Positions 51,433 to 62,352 of a DNA stretch of 64,000 bases are shown here, piece after piece; position 1 is the stretch's first letter, and every line of letters starts with the position of its first letter. The stretch lies in contig NC_058382.1 of the NCBI RefSeq assembly GCF_018350175.1, positions 53,012,001-53,076,000 of the forward strand, in the 5' to 3' direction. Both the position numbers and the translations under genes were made by a program. The stretch is from Felis catus. Lineage: Eukaryota. Under the pieces are notes generated by a model, which was not told the origin of the DNA, searched no databases, and was given only the letters and a program-made list of their open reading frames with translations.

Positions 51433-51865
51433 ACTATGGGTCACTTCGCGTCCCCACCCCCTAAATATGTTGGAGCCCAAACCCCTGGCACCTGTCAGTG
51501 TGACCTTATTTAGAAACAGAGTCTTTGAGACATAATGAGTTAAGAAGATTTCTTACTGGATGAGGGTAGACCCTAACTCCAATGACTGCTGTCATTTTAA
51601 GAGAGGAGACACACACAGACACATGGAAGAGACGTGACAGCAGAGGTCAAGTTGGGGCTGCGAGCCAGGGAACTTCTGGAAACCACCAGAAGCCGGAAGA
51701 GGCAAGGAAACATTCTTCCCTAGAGCCTACGGAGGGAGCGTGGCCATGGTAGCACGTTGATTTCCAACCGCCAGCCTCCAGAACTGTGAGAGAATACATC
51801 TCCGTTGTGTTAAGCCACCTAGTTTCTGGTCCCTTCGTTGCAGCGGCCTTAGGGAACCTGCACTA
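51433..51865 (+). mobile_element. MLT1B-like solo LTR
   Basis: tgtgaccttatttagaaacagagtcttt...ccaatgactg...ccaccagaagc...cagcctccagaactgtgagagaatac...ttaagccacctagtt. Confidence 0.92.
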
Positions 51866-52033
51866 ACAGAGAGAATGCGCTCAGAAGTATGCATTGACCA
51901 ATACCACCTCCTGGGGGATCCTGGGCCTCATGCTAAGCCATTAATCACGGAGGGCACTCCAAACACAAATTCTATGGAAAGAGGGTGGATTCGAGGGCTT
52001 TGTCCACACAGACATCCCTAAAAGGAACGGCAT

Positions 52034-52064
52034 TATTTTTCTTTTAAGTTTCTTTATTTATTTT

Positions 52065-52095
<31 letters not shown>

Positions 52096-52263
52096 CACCA
52101 GTGGGTTAAGGGCAGAGAGAGAGGAGAGAGCAAGAATCCCAAGCAGGCTCCACACCATGGGCACAGAGCCCCCACGTGGCGCTCAAACTCACGAACCGTG
52201 AGATCGCGACCTGAGCCGAAACCAGAGTCAGACGCTTAACAGACTGAGCCACCCAGGCGCCCC
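52034..52263 (-). mobile_element. Can-SINE
   Basis: Can-SINE body with (GA)n. Confidence 0.95.
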
Positions 52264-54283
52264 ACGGAATTGCGTTAATTTTTAGTAAAGGGGAGCGGAG
52301 AACAGGCCTGGATTATGGTTTTTAAAAACTGCCTACTAGTTGATACACACTTTCTCTTCAGGAACTCTATTTTGCACGGAATGCAGAACGTCCTATTTTT
52401 TCTTTTCCTGCTAAGAATCTTGAAGGTATATGTGCTGATCACCATTTGGCGAGCGAGCCACATCACAGAGCTAGGGAATGGTCATCAGATCTGACTGCGT
52501 GACCTGGGCCCTTGGTACCTGGTCTGCTCCTCCCGGCTGAAGCTGGCTACCAGGCCTGGGGTGATCACTCTCTTCTCTTGACCCTCCCACTAGTCTCCGT
52601 TGGTGTTCCCTGAGGTGAAACTGTGCGTTGTGTCTCTGGGGAGGAAGAGACAACTTGATCAGAGCATCCCACTGTCGGGTCTAAGACACAAGAACCACAC
52701 CGCATTCTATTGTCGCCCTGGCTTCTCGATGCAGAAAGGGAGAAGTGGGAGGGGGGAGGCGGGTTTGCCTCTATCTGAGAACGTGATCAGACAATTTCAG
52801 TCCCGTGCCCTCCGCAGCTGGTAGGTCACCGCCTGCATGGGGCCCGGTGGGGAGATTCTCCCCAAAGGTTTTCTGTAATAAGGTAAGATGTGGCGATTGT
52901 GCAAGAGGGAGCGGCCCCGGGGGTAATTGAGATTCCATCTCTGTCTACCTGGGGATCTACGGAACTTCCTGCATGAGTATGCTTAGGTATTTCTGAAAGG
53001 ACTCGGCTCCTTCGGAGACAATGTCAGGGTCATTCTTTGGATGCTAAGGGCACTTAACTCATACAATCCTTTCTGTGAACTGTGCTTGACATCCACGGTC
53101 TTAAACTTCTCTGTACTGGTCCTTTGTCCTCCAGGAAAGGACAGGATTGGGGATCTGTGACGATCATCATCCTCAGAGATGCACCGTCTCAAAAAGACAG
53201 TTGCGTTTATCAGTGGTTGTTGTTTGGGATTCCTCTGCTGTGGGAGACCTTCTTTCCTGACCTCGATCGAGAATGCACACACGCTACCCTGGGCCGGCCA
53301 GGCCACCTTCTCTCTATGACAAGGCTAGACGGTCGGCCCAGGGGCTCTCATGTCCATTCCACTGAAGGAATTTGCAGCTTTCTGGGATTCAATAGTTAAC
53401 CGTACTGCAATCGCTGGGAAATATTTGGGTAGTTGTCCTATCAACAAGTGGGTGTCTAAGGCATTCTCTGCCTCCAGGCTTTTTAGGTGAATATTCTTCA
53501 CGGTTGACACAGGAAATTAGTCTGAGAGAGCTTAAGGAACTCGCCCATTATCATACCAGATGGTGCAAGGGGTAGTGGGATGCAGGCTTAGTTTATCGAG
53601 CTCCAGAGCGCACTCATCTAGTGCTGAGCAAACCTGACCTCGTCAGGGACTGACCCACATCCAAACAACAACAACAACAACAACGCAGCATGCATCCAAT
53701 TTAAAAACTAGCTGACGCACTCAGCGGGCCCTGTTCCCTCTTTCAATCCTCCCAGGGCAACTCCGATGTAGGGGCTGTCGGCGCCCCCGTTTCACAGATG
53801 AGAAACTGAAACGGTGTGCCGTGTTCGAAGCCTTTAGGACACCTAGTCACTGGCTCGTGCTGTGGCGCTGTGTGTGCTCTTCGCTCTGCGGCTCACCTGA
53901 AGCCGGAGTGTCACCTGCCTCGGTCCGCACGCCAGACTTTCCTGGGGAGCCTGCCCCTCCACCTCTCCACTTACTCAGCCCCCCACTGGCCGAGGACGCT
54001 CTCCAAGTGGGCTGATGGCTGTGGAAGAGTTAAAGAAGGTCCAGAGTCGATTCTAGAGTCGATCTAACTTGATCTTTCTGAACTTCATCCGTAAAATGGG
54101 GTAATAGCCAAGGCCTCCCCTTGGCATTTCCGGGACATTAAACAGATCATTACGTGTAAGGCAAGGCAATAACCGTGGTAAATTTTATGAGTTTGTTCGG
54201 TAAGACAGGCGTCGAAGAGGCAGTGAACACTTCAGAGACCTATGCAGGTTTACGGGATTAATGTATTAAAGAAATCGGCACCA

Positions 54284-54485
54284 GGGGTGCCCGGGGGGCT
54301 CAGTTGGTTAAGCTTCTGACTTCAGCTCTGGTCACGATCTCACAGCTTGTGGGTTCAAGCCCCACATCGGGCTCTGTGCTGACAGCTCGGAGCCTGGAGC
54401 CCGCTTCGGATTCTGGGCCTCCCTCTCTCTCTGCCCCTCCCCCACTGGCACTCTGTCTCTCTCTCAGAAACAAATAAACAACAAC
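54284..54485 (+). mobile_element. Can-SINE
   Basis: Head at 54284; TSD aagaaatc(g/a)gc. Confidence 0.95.
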
Positions 54486-55220
54486 AAGAAATCAGCTCTA
54501 TAAATACATGTTTCAGCAGCTTCCCAGCCACAGCACATACACTCCAAGTTTCAAAGATGCATGATTTTTTTTTTTTTTTTTTTTACTTCTCCTGCTCTTT
54601 AAGTCTTTGGGCTGCCTTAACTTGATCGGGTCCCTCACCTGCCCTAGGGGTCGACGGAAGCAAAAAAAAAAAAAAAAAACAAACCTCAGAACCCAGGAAT
54701 GGCTCTGCCCAACAAACACTAAGCTAAGCGGGAAATGGGACGTCCATTTTCTCTCCAGACCCACGTATTGTTTCCCCCCGGAAGTTCAAGGCTACTTAGA
54801 CGGTTCAGTTTGCCCTCCTGTATTTCTCAAGCTTGCACTGTATTCTGCTTTCCACGTCCTGCCAAATGGACTCTCCTCCAGGCAGGCACACGACTCTGCT
54901 GTTCTGGAAAAAGCAAAAGCCCTTTGCAGAAGTTGGTCCTGCAAGAAGGATGCTTGCACACTTTGTCTTTGTTGCCACATGGCGATGTCCTCTGCTTCCG
55001 GCCAAGGGCTCTGTTTAACGGCCACTTCTTACTCCCAACCAGCCACTTTTCTGGGATAACATTTGTGGGGATGTGATCTGGCTTGTGTTAGCGTTCACAT
55101 CGTGAGGTCCTGCTCTCTAGTTAGCTCAAGGCGGTCGTCACGTTACGGGGTAGCAAAGGGGATCCAAGCCCGACAACACAAAAAATACATCTGTGGGGTT
55201 TTTCTTGGCAATTGCTCTTT

Positions 55221-55446
55221 TTTTTTAATTTAAAATAATTTTTTTTTTACATTTATTTGAGAGACGAACAGAGCATGAGTGGGGGAGGGGCAGAGAGAGA
55301 GAGAGAGGGAGACACAGAACCTGAAGCAGGCTCCAGGCTCTGAGCGGTCAGCACAGAGCCTGACGCGGGGCTCGAACTCACGAATCGCGAGATCATGACC
55401 TGAGCCCGAGTCAGACGCTTAAATGAATGAGCCACCCGGGTGCCCC
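55221..55446 (-). mobile_element. Can-SINE
   Basis: Can-SINE body; TSD gc(a/g)att(g/a)ctctt. Confidence 0.96.
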
Positions 55447-58364
55447 AGCGATTACTCTTGATGGCAGTGAGAGCGGCATAACGTTTCCCAGCCTCCCACC
55501 CTACCCCTCAACCAAATTGCAAAATTGCGGCCGAATACCTACAGAGTGCTGGGCACGATGTTGAGGAAGCAGAAACGAAGGAGGCACGGTGCCGGCCTTG
55601 AGACTCAGACCGTAAGAGGGGGCGCAGAGCCCCGAGTCAACCAGCCTCGAGAGCTTCGAGTGCAGAGAGCTTCAGCTCTGGTCCGTGAGTGTGGAAAATA
55701 AGGTGACCCACCGCGTAAGGTTTGTAAGACCCGAACGTGATGGGTGCATAGAGTACTTAGTTAGAAGAGCACTCGATAAGCTCTATCATTATCACATCAC
55801 ATGATGTCAAGGGCTTCAGAGCGCTTCTGCAGGTCCCGCAGGCACCAACTGAGTTCTACGGCCACATGGGGCTGTGGGCTTGTGGCTTCTCTTCCACGGG
55901 AGTGTCGGGGAGAAGGTGCATTCCCCACCCTGCAGCGTCCTTCTATACACAGGTACAGGTTTCTTCTATGGCACGGGGGCTCTCACCCAGGTCCCCCGGG
56001 AGACCCACCTCTTTAGATCCAAGCCTCGTGGACGGGGCCCGGGATACGGTTAGAAAGCTTCACACGTGACGGCGACGGGCAGCCGAGGTCACGGCCTGCT
56101 GCATCATTTGCAGGGTCCAGTGCACCGAGAAAATGCAGGACCCCTTGTTCCCTGTTACTAAGAATTTTCAAGGCAATGAAAGCAAAGCATTAAAGCCGGG
56201 GCCGATGCCCTCGCAGGGCTGCAGGCCGGTGATGCCGGCCCCGGGCTGAGGTTGAGAACCGCTGTGTGGGCAGACCTTTGCAGCCTCTGCCCGCGCATGG
56301 AGCCTTCCGTCCCCGGAGGAGAGAGAGCGGCTTCTCTGGGTGATAAACCGAGGGCAGTGGGCAGCCGTATCGGGGGCGGCCCACTGTCCTCCTCTGTCCA
56401 GGGAGGCGGGCCTGTCTGTGGACAGTGTTTCGCTTTGCTACGCTCCACTCTAAGTTTTACGGAGGCAACCCCCTGGCAGGCCTGAGCGGGTAGCGCATCC
56501 TTCCCCGGGGGTTACGCCTGTCTGATCCCGAAATGTGCACTCCGCAAGCCCCCTTGGACAATCCAAGGAATATGAGAAGCCAAGATTTCCTTTGAAGCCA
56601 GGATCCAGCCAGAGAGGATCGGCGGGGGCTAACGGTGACTGCGGCTCGAGGGGACAGACAAGTCAGGGAGCGGACGCCAACAAGAGGCCAGGATGCAAAG
56701 GGCCAGGGAAGAGTTTCCTCATCGTGGGAAGAGCACTGCCCAAGCCCGTGAGCTTGCACGGAGCTGGAGCCGGGCTGGCGTCAGGGGTGGGGACAGGAAG
56801 GGCATGGGGGAGGCACTCCGGCGAAGACGGGGCACAGGGCACGTGAGAGAGAGAAAGTGATGGGCACACCGGCGATACCTTGCTGGTTCTGCAGGGCCTC
56901 AAGGGGACCCTTCCAAGGGGCTCTGTCCCGGGGAGCAGACAGACACTGGGCCATTACTCAGCACATTTCTGCTTCCGTCTGGGGTCCCATCAGAGAGACC
57001 CCCGGGGCCAGGGGGTCGGAAAGCTGGTGGTATGGGGCCAAGGGTGGTGGACGCAGCCCCTGAGCCCCCCTCCCCACCCACCAGTACCAGCTCCTGGTGG
57101 GGTGAGAGAGCAGCGTCCCCTTCCGTGGCCTCGTGCAGTGCCGACGGGCCTCCCGGCTCAGCCTAGCAAACGTGGGTCCGGATTTGCAGCCCGGGAGTAG
57201 AGCACTGATCATGCACCGTACTTCCCTGATTGCCATTCCAGAGAAACTAACTGGAGAATTAAGAGCAAATATTTGACTTTTCCTCCCTTTTCTCCCTCCC
57301 CTCCCTGTCATTTTACACAGCACTGTTTAGACTGGATGCTGGTTAATGGGCAACCTTTGCCCTTTGGCTAAAAGCTGTGACCAGGAAATCCCACCTCCCA
57401 TTAATGAGGGTTTTGTTCAGGATCCGGGGAGGGCCTCGCACACAGCTTCTGCTCTGCAAATGCATTGTCTGCCTGGCTTAGGAAAAGAAAACGGGAAAGA
57501 AAAACAAACAAAGAGAAAGGAAAAAAAAAAAAAACCCTTCCACTGTTGAATTAAAACCGCAAACTCCAGGCCCTAAGCAGGTTTCAGTCTCTATTAAGAC
57601 AACAAAAGACCCTAAATGCCAGGCCGGGCACAAAGAGTGGAGGGTAGTTGGGGGTGGGAGAAAAGGAACAGGGAGAAACTTGATAATTAACTGGCTTTTT
57701 TAGCGTTGTCCACAGTGAATCTGTCCCCAGCTGACAAGTTTTGGCGCCCGGAGCATTTCAGACTTCAAAGGCGAGGCCCTGGGAGGACCCAGCATCGGAC
57801 CCCCGAGTAGCCTGCACAGAGACTCGGCCTCCCATAGGCGCCTTGACCTTGACCCCTCCTCTGCAGCTTTGCTGCAAGTGGGTGCCAGAGCATTCACATC
57901 ACATGGTCAAAGTTGCTGGCTTCCTTCTTTCCTCTCTCCTTTGTTGATGCTCAGCGTGACTCTTAAAGGCTCTATCCTTTTGTCTTCCGCTAAACCACTC
58001 TGGCCCGGGGCCATCTCTTTCCCCCTAAAAAGTCTAAACCCGAGAACCAGGATTCTCTGTCTCCTTGTCCACCCAGCTCGGACCATCCATCTCTTAGGAC
58101 TTCTGTGTGACTATCCCCGAAGGCAGGGAGCATGGCTTCTGTGATGTCCCTCTCCGCTCTTCCTCCTCTAGCACCCAGGATGGCACATGGCATCACAGAC
58201 ACACTCCGGAAATGTGTGGTCATGGGAGACTCAAAGATTAATAAATGCTGGATCATCTGTATCCCGTTAGGCATGAGGGCTAATGATTTTTCTGGAGCCA
58301 GACGGGTGTATGGCATAAAAATTTACAAACAGCCAACACTTACTGACCGTTGATGATTTGCATG

Positions 58365-58601
58365 CTTTTAATTTTTTTTTTAATGTTTATTTATTTTTGA
58401 GACCGAGGGAGCAGAGCGCAAGTGGGGGAGGGGCAGAGAGAGAGGGAGACACAGAATCCGAAACAGGCTCCAGGCTCTGAGCTGTCGGCACAGAGCCCGA
58501 GGCGGAGCTCGAGCCCGAGGCGGAGCTCGAACCCGCACACCGTGAGATCATGCCCCGAGCCGAAGTCAGATGCCCAACCGACTGAGCCACCCACTCGCCC
58601 C
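58365..58601 (-). mobile_element. Can-SINE with an internal 18-bp duplication
   Basis: TSD gatgatttgcatg at 58352-58364 and 58602-58614. Confidence 0.97.
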
Positions 58602-58850
58602 GATGATTTGCATGTTAATGAGTTAACTCTTTGATCGTCTCATCCTGGTTTCAAGATTATCCTAGGATTGCTGTGAGTTCCTAAAAATAATGAAAAGAAA
58701 TGAGAACAAAACACTGTCCTTTTTACTTTAGTTTTTGGAGGAAGAGGGCAGACACGAGCAAAGTTTGCTTCTGTCTTTGTTTTTAAGAGATTGTTTGGAA
58801 GTCTACTGAATTCAACTTCAATGGAAAGTTTACTTTTAAGAAATAAACTA

Positions 58851-59077
58851 GGGGCGCCTGGGTGGCGCAGTCGGTTAAGCGTCCGACTTCAGCCAGGTCA
58901 CGATCTCGCGGTCCGGGAGTTCGAGCCCCGCGTCGGGCTCTGGGCTGATGGCTCGGAACCTGGAGCCTGTTTCCGATTCTGTGTCTCCCTCTCTCTCTGC
59001 TCCTTCCCCGTTCATGCTCTGTCTCTCTCTGTCCCAAAAATAAATAAAAAACGTTGAAAAAAAAATTTTTTTTTAAA
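58851..59077 (+). mobile_element. Can-SINE, young subfamily
   Basis: Perfect TSD aagaaataaacta at 58838-58850 and 59078-59090. Confidence 0.98.
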
Positions 59078-59569
59078 AAGAAATAAACTAGAAGGTCTAC
59101 CGCAAGCTTCGATAAAATCAAAACGCTCAGATTTGGGTTTGTTTTTTTATCAATACAAGGCAGGAGAGGAAAGAATGGAAAAGCAGAAGCGGGGGTGGGG
59201 AGGCGCTCGGTCACGAAGTAGGGCCCCCGAGAAACGAAGTTGAGGCCTCACCAAGGGAACACTCACCTTTCCTTACTCCAGGACGCCTGTGGGTGTCCCG
59301 TGTGTGGAGCCCTGGGGAGGACGGTGTCCTGGACGAAGCCTGGGGTTTCAAGGCCCACTGGCCACTGACCGGCCAGACTCCCCTCCCGGCCTTCCAGTGG
59401 GATGGGGACACAGCATCCACTGTAAGCTGGCTTTCAGGGTCACGGGCCATCCTCCGCGGCAAGACTTCGCTGCTATTGTTATTAATTAAGGACATCCATT
59501 TTTCCCATTTAAAGGAATGACTTGTCTCTCAAAGATAAATAGAGCATTAAAAAATGGTTTTTAGAAAAA

Positions 59570-59740
59570 GGGGCGCCTGGGTGGCTCAGTGGGTTAAGCA
59601 TCTCACTTCGGCTCAGGTCATGATCTCGTGGTTCACAGGTTCAAGCCCCGCATCAGGCTCTGTGCTGACAGTTCAGAGCCTGGAGCCTGCTTCGGATTCT
59701 GAGTCTCCCTCTCTCTCTGCCCCTCCCCCACTAGTCCTAC

Positions 59741-59787
<47 letters not shown>

Positions 59788-59816
59788 AAATAAATAGAAC
59801 ATTAAATTTTTTTTTT
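59570..59816 (+). mobile_element. Can-SINE preceded by an extra SINE 3' tail
   Basis: Head at 59570; outer TSD aaaggaatga(c/g)ttgtc at 59511-59526 and 59817-59832. Confidence 0.96.
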
Positions 59817-60119
59817 AAAGGAATGAGTTGTCATATGTCAAAGCTGAAGGAAGACAAAGAGGGACTGTCCTATTGCTACGTCGTGGGTAGGGCCACAGAA
59901 ATGAGGCACCATCACTATGTTTTAGACCTATGTACATAGTAATTAAGGGTTTGAAACTTCATACATTTACATATAAGTCATTTTTACATCCCATGTATAT
60001 GTACTTGACTATATATCACGTGAGTGCGTATATGCAAACATATAACGTTTACTATATATCCTGCTATATATATCGATGCACACATATATAACATACAATA
60101 AAATACATACACATTTTAT

Positions 60120-60120
<1 letters not shown>

Positions 60121-60153
<33 letters not shown>
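60121..60153. repeat. (CA)n microsatellite following AT-rich low-complexity DNA
   Basis: Directly visible. Confidence 0.97.
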
Positions 60154-60156
<3 letters not shown>

Positions 60157-60157
60157 A

Positions 60158-60380
60158 GCCATTATTGAGCACTTACTGTGTTCTAGGTACACCACTATGG
60201 GCTTTCCACACTTGATCTCTTCTAAGCCCTATAATAATCCTGTGAAGTGGCAACCACACCATCATCCCCATGGAAACGGTCTCTGAGAAGTCAGGTTCCT
60301 CACGCAAGGTCTCACAGCCTTTTAGGGACAAAGCTGGGAACAGCCATGGTTTGATGCCAGAGTAGGGCACTCATAGCCAC
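60158..60380 (-). mobile_element. MIR
   Basis: ttattgagcacttactgtgttctagg...aataatcctgtgaagt...caaggtctcacagc. Confidence 0.7.
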
Positions 60381-62129
60381 GAAGGTTCCTGACCGTCACA
60401 GAACAGACGTGAATGACCTCAGAGCTGACGCACAGCGGCCCGCCTTCTCCCACAGAACCCGCTTCTCACGTGCATTGCTCCCGTGCCCGAAACACCTGTT
60501 TTCCTGAACCCGGGGGGCCGCGGCGACGGGGCCAAGCAGGGGCTCTGATACCAGCCTGAGGCCGTGGGGGGACCAGCCACCTTGGATGACTCAGAGCCCC
60601 AGCCTGGCGGAGGCCTGGCAGCTGGGGTGATGAGCTAGAGACCCAGAGGTACCGGACTGCCTTCTGGTTGACTTTAAATCAGGCCGTCGGCGCTCTGATT
60701 TCTAGTGAGAAATGGCCCCTTGGACTGTCTCTCTCTTGGAGAAAGCTTTTAATTAACCTACCGACCACAGGCTCCTGAGAAAAGTGGTCAGTGTGAAAAC
60801 GACTCTCTGTGCTGCCACCGCATATTAAGACCTCCTTTCAGAATCAGATCAAGTGATATGGTCATCGCCTTAATCGGATTGAGCGTCCTAATCGCCGGCT
60901 GCCCCGTCCCAGGCAACACGACAACCCTGCCTTCGCCGCGGACCCTTCTGGCCAACACCTCCCTCTGGAAGATGACCCACGGTTTGCTACTTCTCGCGGA
61001 AAGTTTGGTAATGAACGTGGCTTCTGTGTCTTCAGCTGTACAGAGCAGAAATCCCCCTTCAGGCAACTCCAGCGGACCTTTTATCCGTACTCGGGAAAAA
61101 GAATTGATTGATTTTGAAGTGAAATGTTGGCATCTGCTGTTATTCAAAACCGGGACCTTGGCTACAGTCATCGGCCACGTTTTCAGCCTTGCCACCAGTG
61201 TGTGGCAAATGAAGGCAAGCTGCTCTCAAATGAGAAATGCAAAATAGTCAATCTGTTTGTCTGTTTAATGTAACTGGGAACATAAGCTGCTAAAAATGGT
61301 ACCATTCGGCACTGTCAGATGGGAGACACTCACCAACAAACAAAAGCCTAATGACCCATTTTACTCGGCACTCCGGAGTTGCTCCTAATGGTACTTTCCA
61401 TATGCACTCGAACATGCTTTTATCTGAAACTGCAAATGGTACGATTTTCCATCCAACACAAGCGTGTAATCTGTGCGGGGGGGGGCGGGGGGGAGGGAGA
61501 AGAAGGATGGTGGGGGGTGGGAGGTGTCCCCCCCCCCGCCTCCTCCCCCACCGGCACCATGGAGGAAGGCTGATGTTCTAGACATCTTAAAGCAGGAAGC
61601 ATATTGCAGAAGCATCTGACTCTCATCTTCCCTTTACACCTGTCATTGTACTGTATTAAAGGGAAAAAATCAAGTCATTAACCATGATAGATATGTTTTT
61701 AATAAGTAAGTGTTGTGCCTCACCAGGCGGATAAATAGCGCGGCTTAAGATAGCTTCAGAGCCTGGCGTGGGATTACAGCGGGGAGTTAAAGGCACTGCT
61801 TACGTCTTCAAAGCGTGTGCAATTTGGGAAGCATGGGGCTCTCAACATTACCCCGGCTGCCACTCTTGAAGAACGCTCCCTGCTGGGGCCGGGCTCTAAC
61901 GGGCCTTTACACCAGGAGCTGGCTCCCTCTTCTTTCTCTGGACTTCTGGTGCCTACTGGTGCCCTCCCCCAAAGGGTTTGGGCCAAACGCAGCAGCAGCC
62001 TTTAAAAATGTGCCTCCCATCGGCATGGTGAATGCCGATGCCTACAGATTCATACAGACTGTCAGGAGCGCTGTGTTGAGAAGGATCCTGAGGCACACCC
62101 AGAGAAAAGGGCGTTAAAATCGGTTATTA

Positions 62130-62352
62130 GGGCGCCTGGGTGGCGCAGTCGGTTAAGCGTCCGACTTCAGCCAGGTCACGATCTCGCGGTCCGGGAGTTC
62201 GAGCCCCGCGTTGGGCTCTGGGCTGATGGCTCGGAGCCTGGAGCCTGTTTCTGATTCTGTGTCTCCCTCTTTCTCTGCCCCTCCCCCGTTCATGCTCTGT
62301 CTCTCTCTGTCCCAAAAATAAATTAAAAAGGTTGAAAAAAAAATTTAGAAAA
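62130..62352 (+). mobile_element. Can-SINE, young subfamily
   Basis: Perfect TSD aaaatcggttatta at 62116-62129 and 62353-62366. Confidence 0.98.

Noticed and set aside
60788..61247. Overlapping 135-aa and 129-aa antisense ORFs
   Set aside because: No recognisable homology or exon boundaries; consistent with chance.
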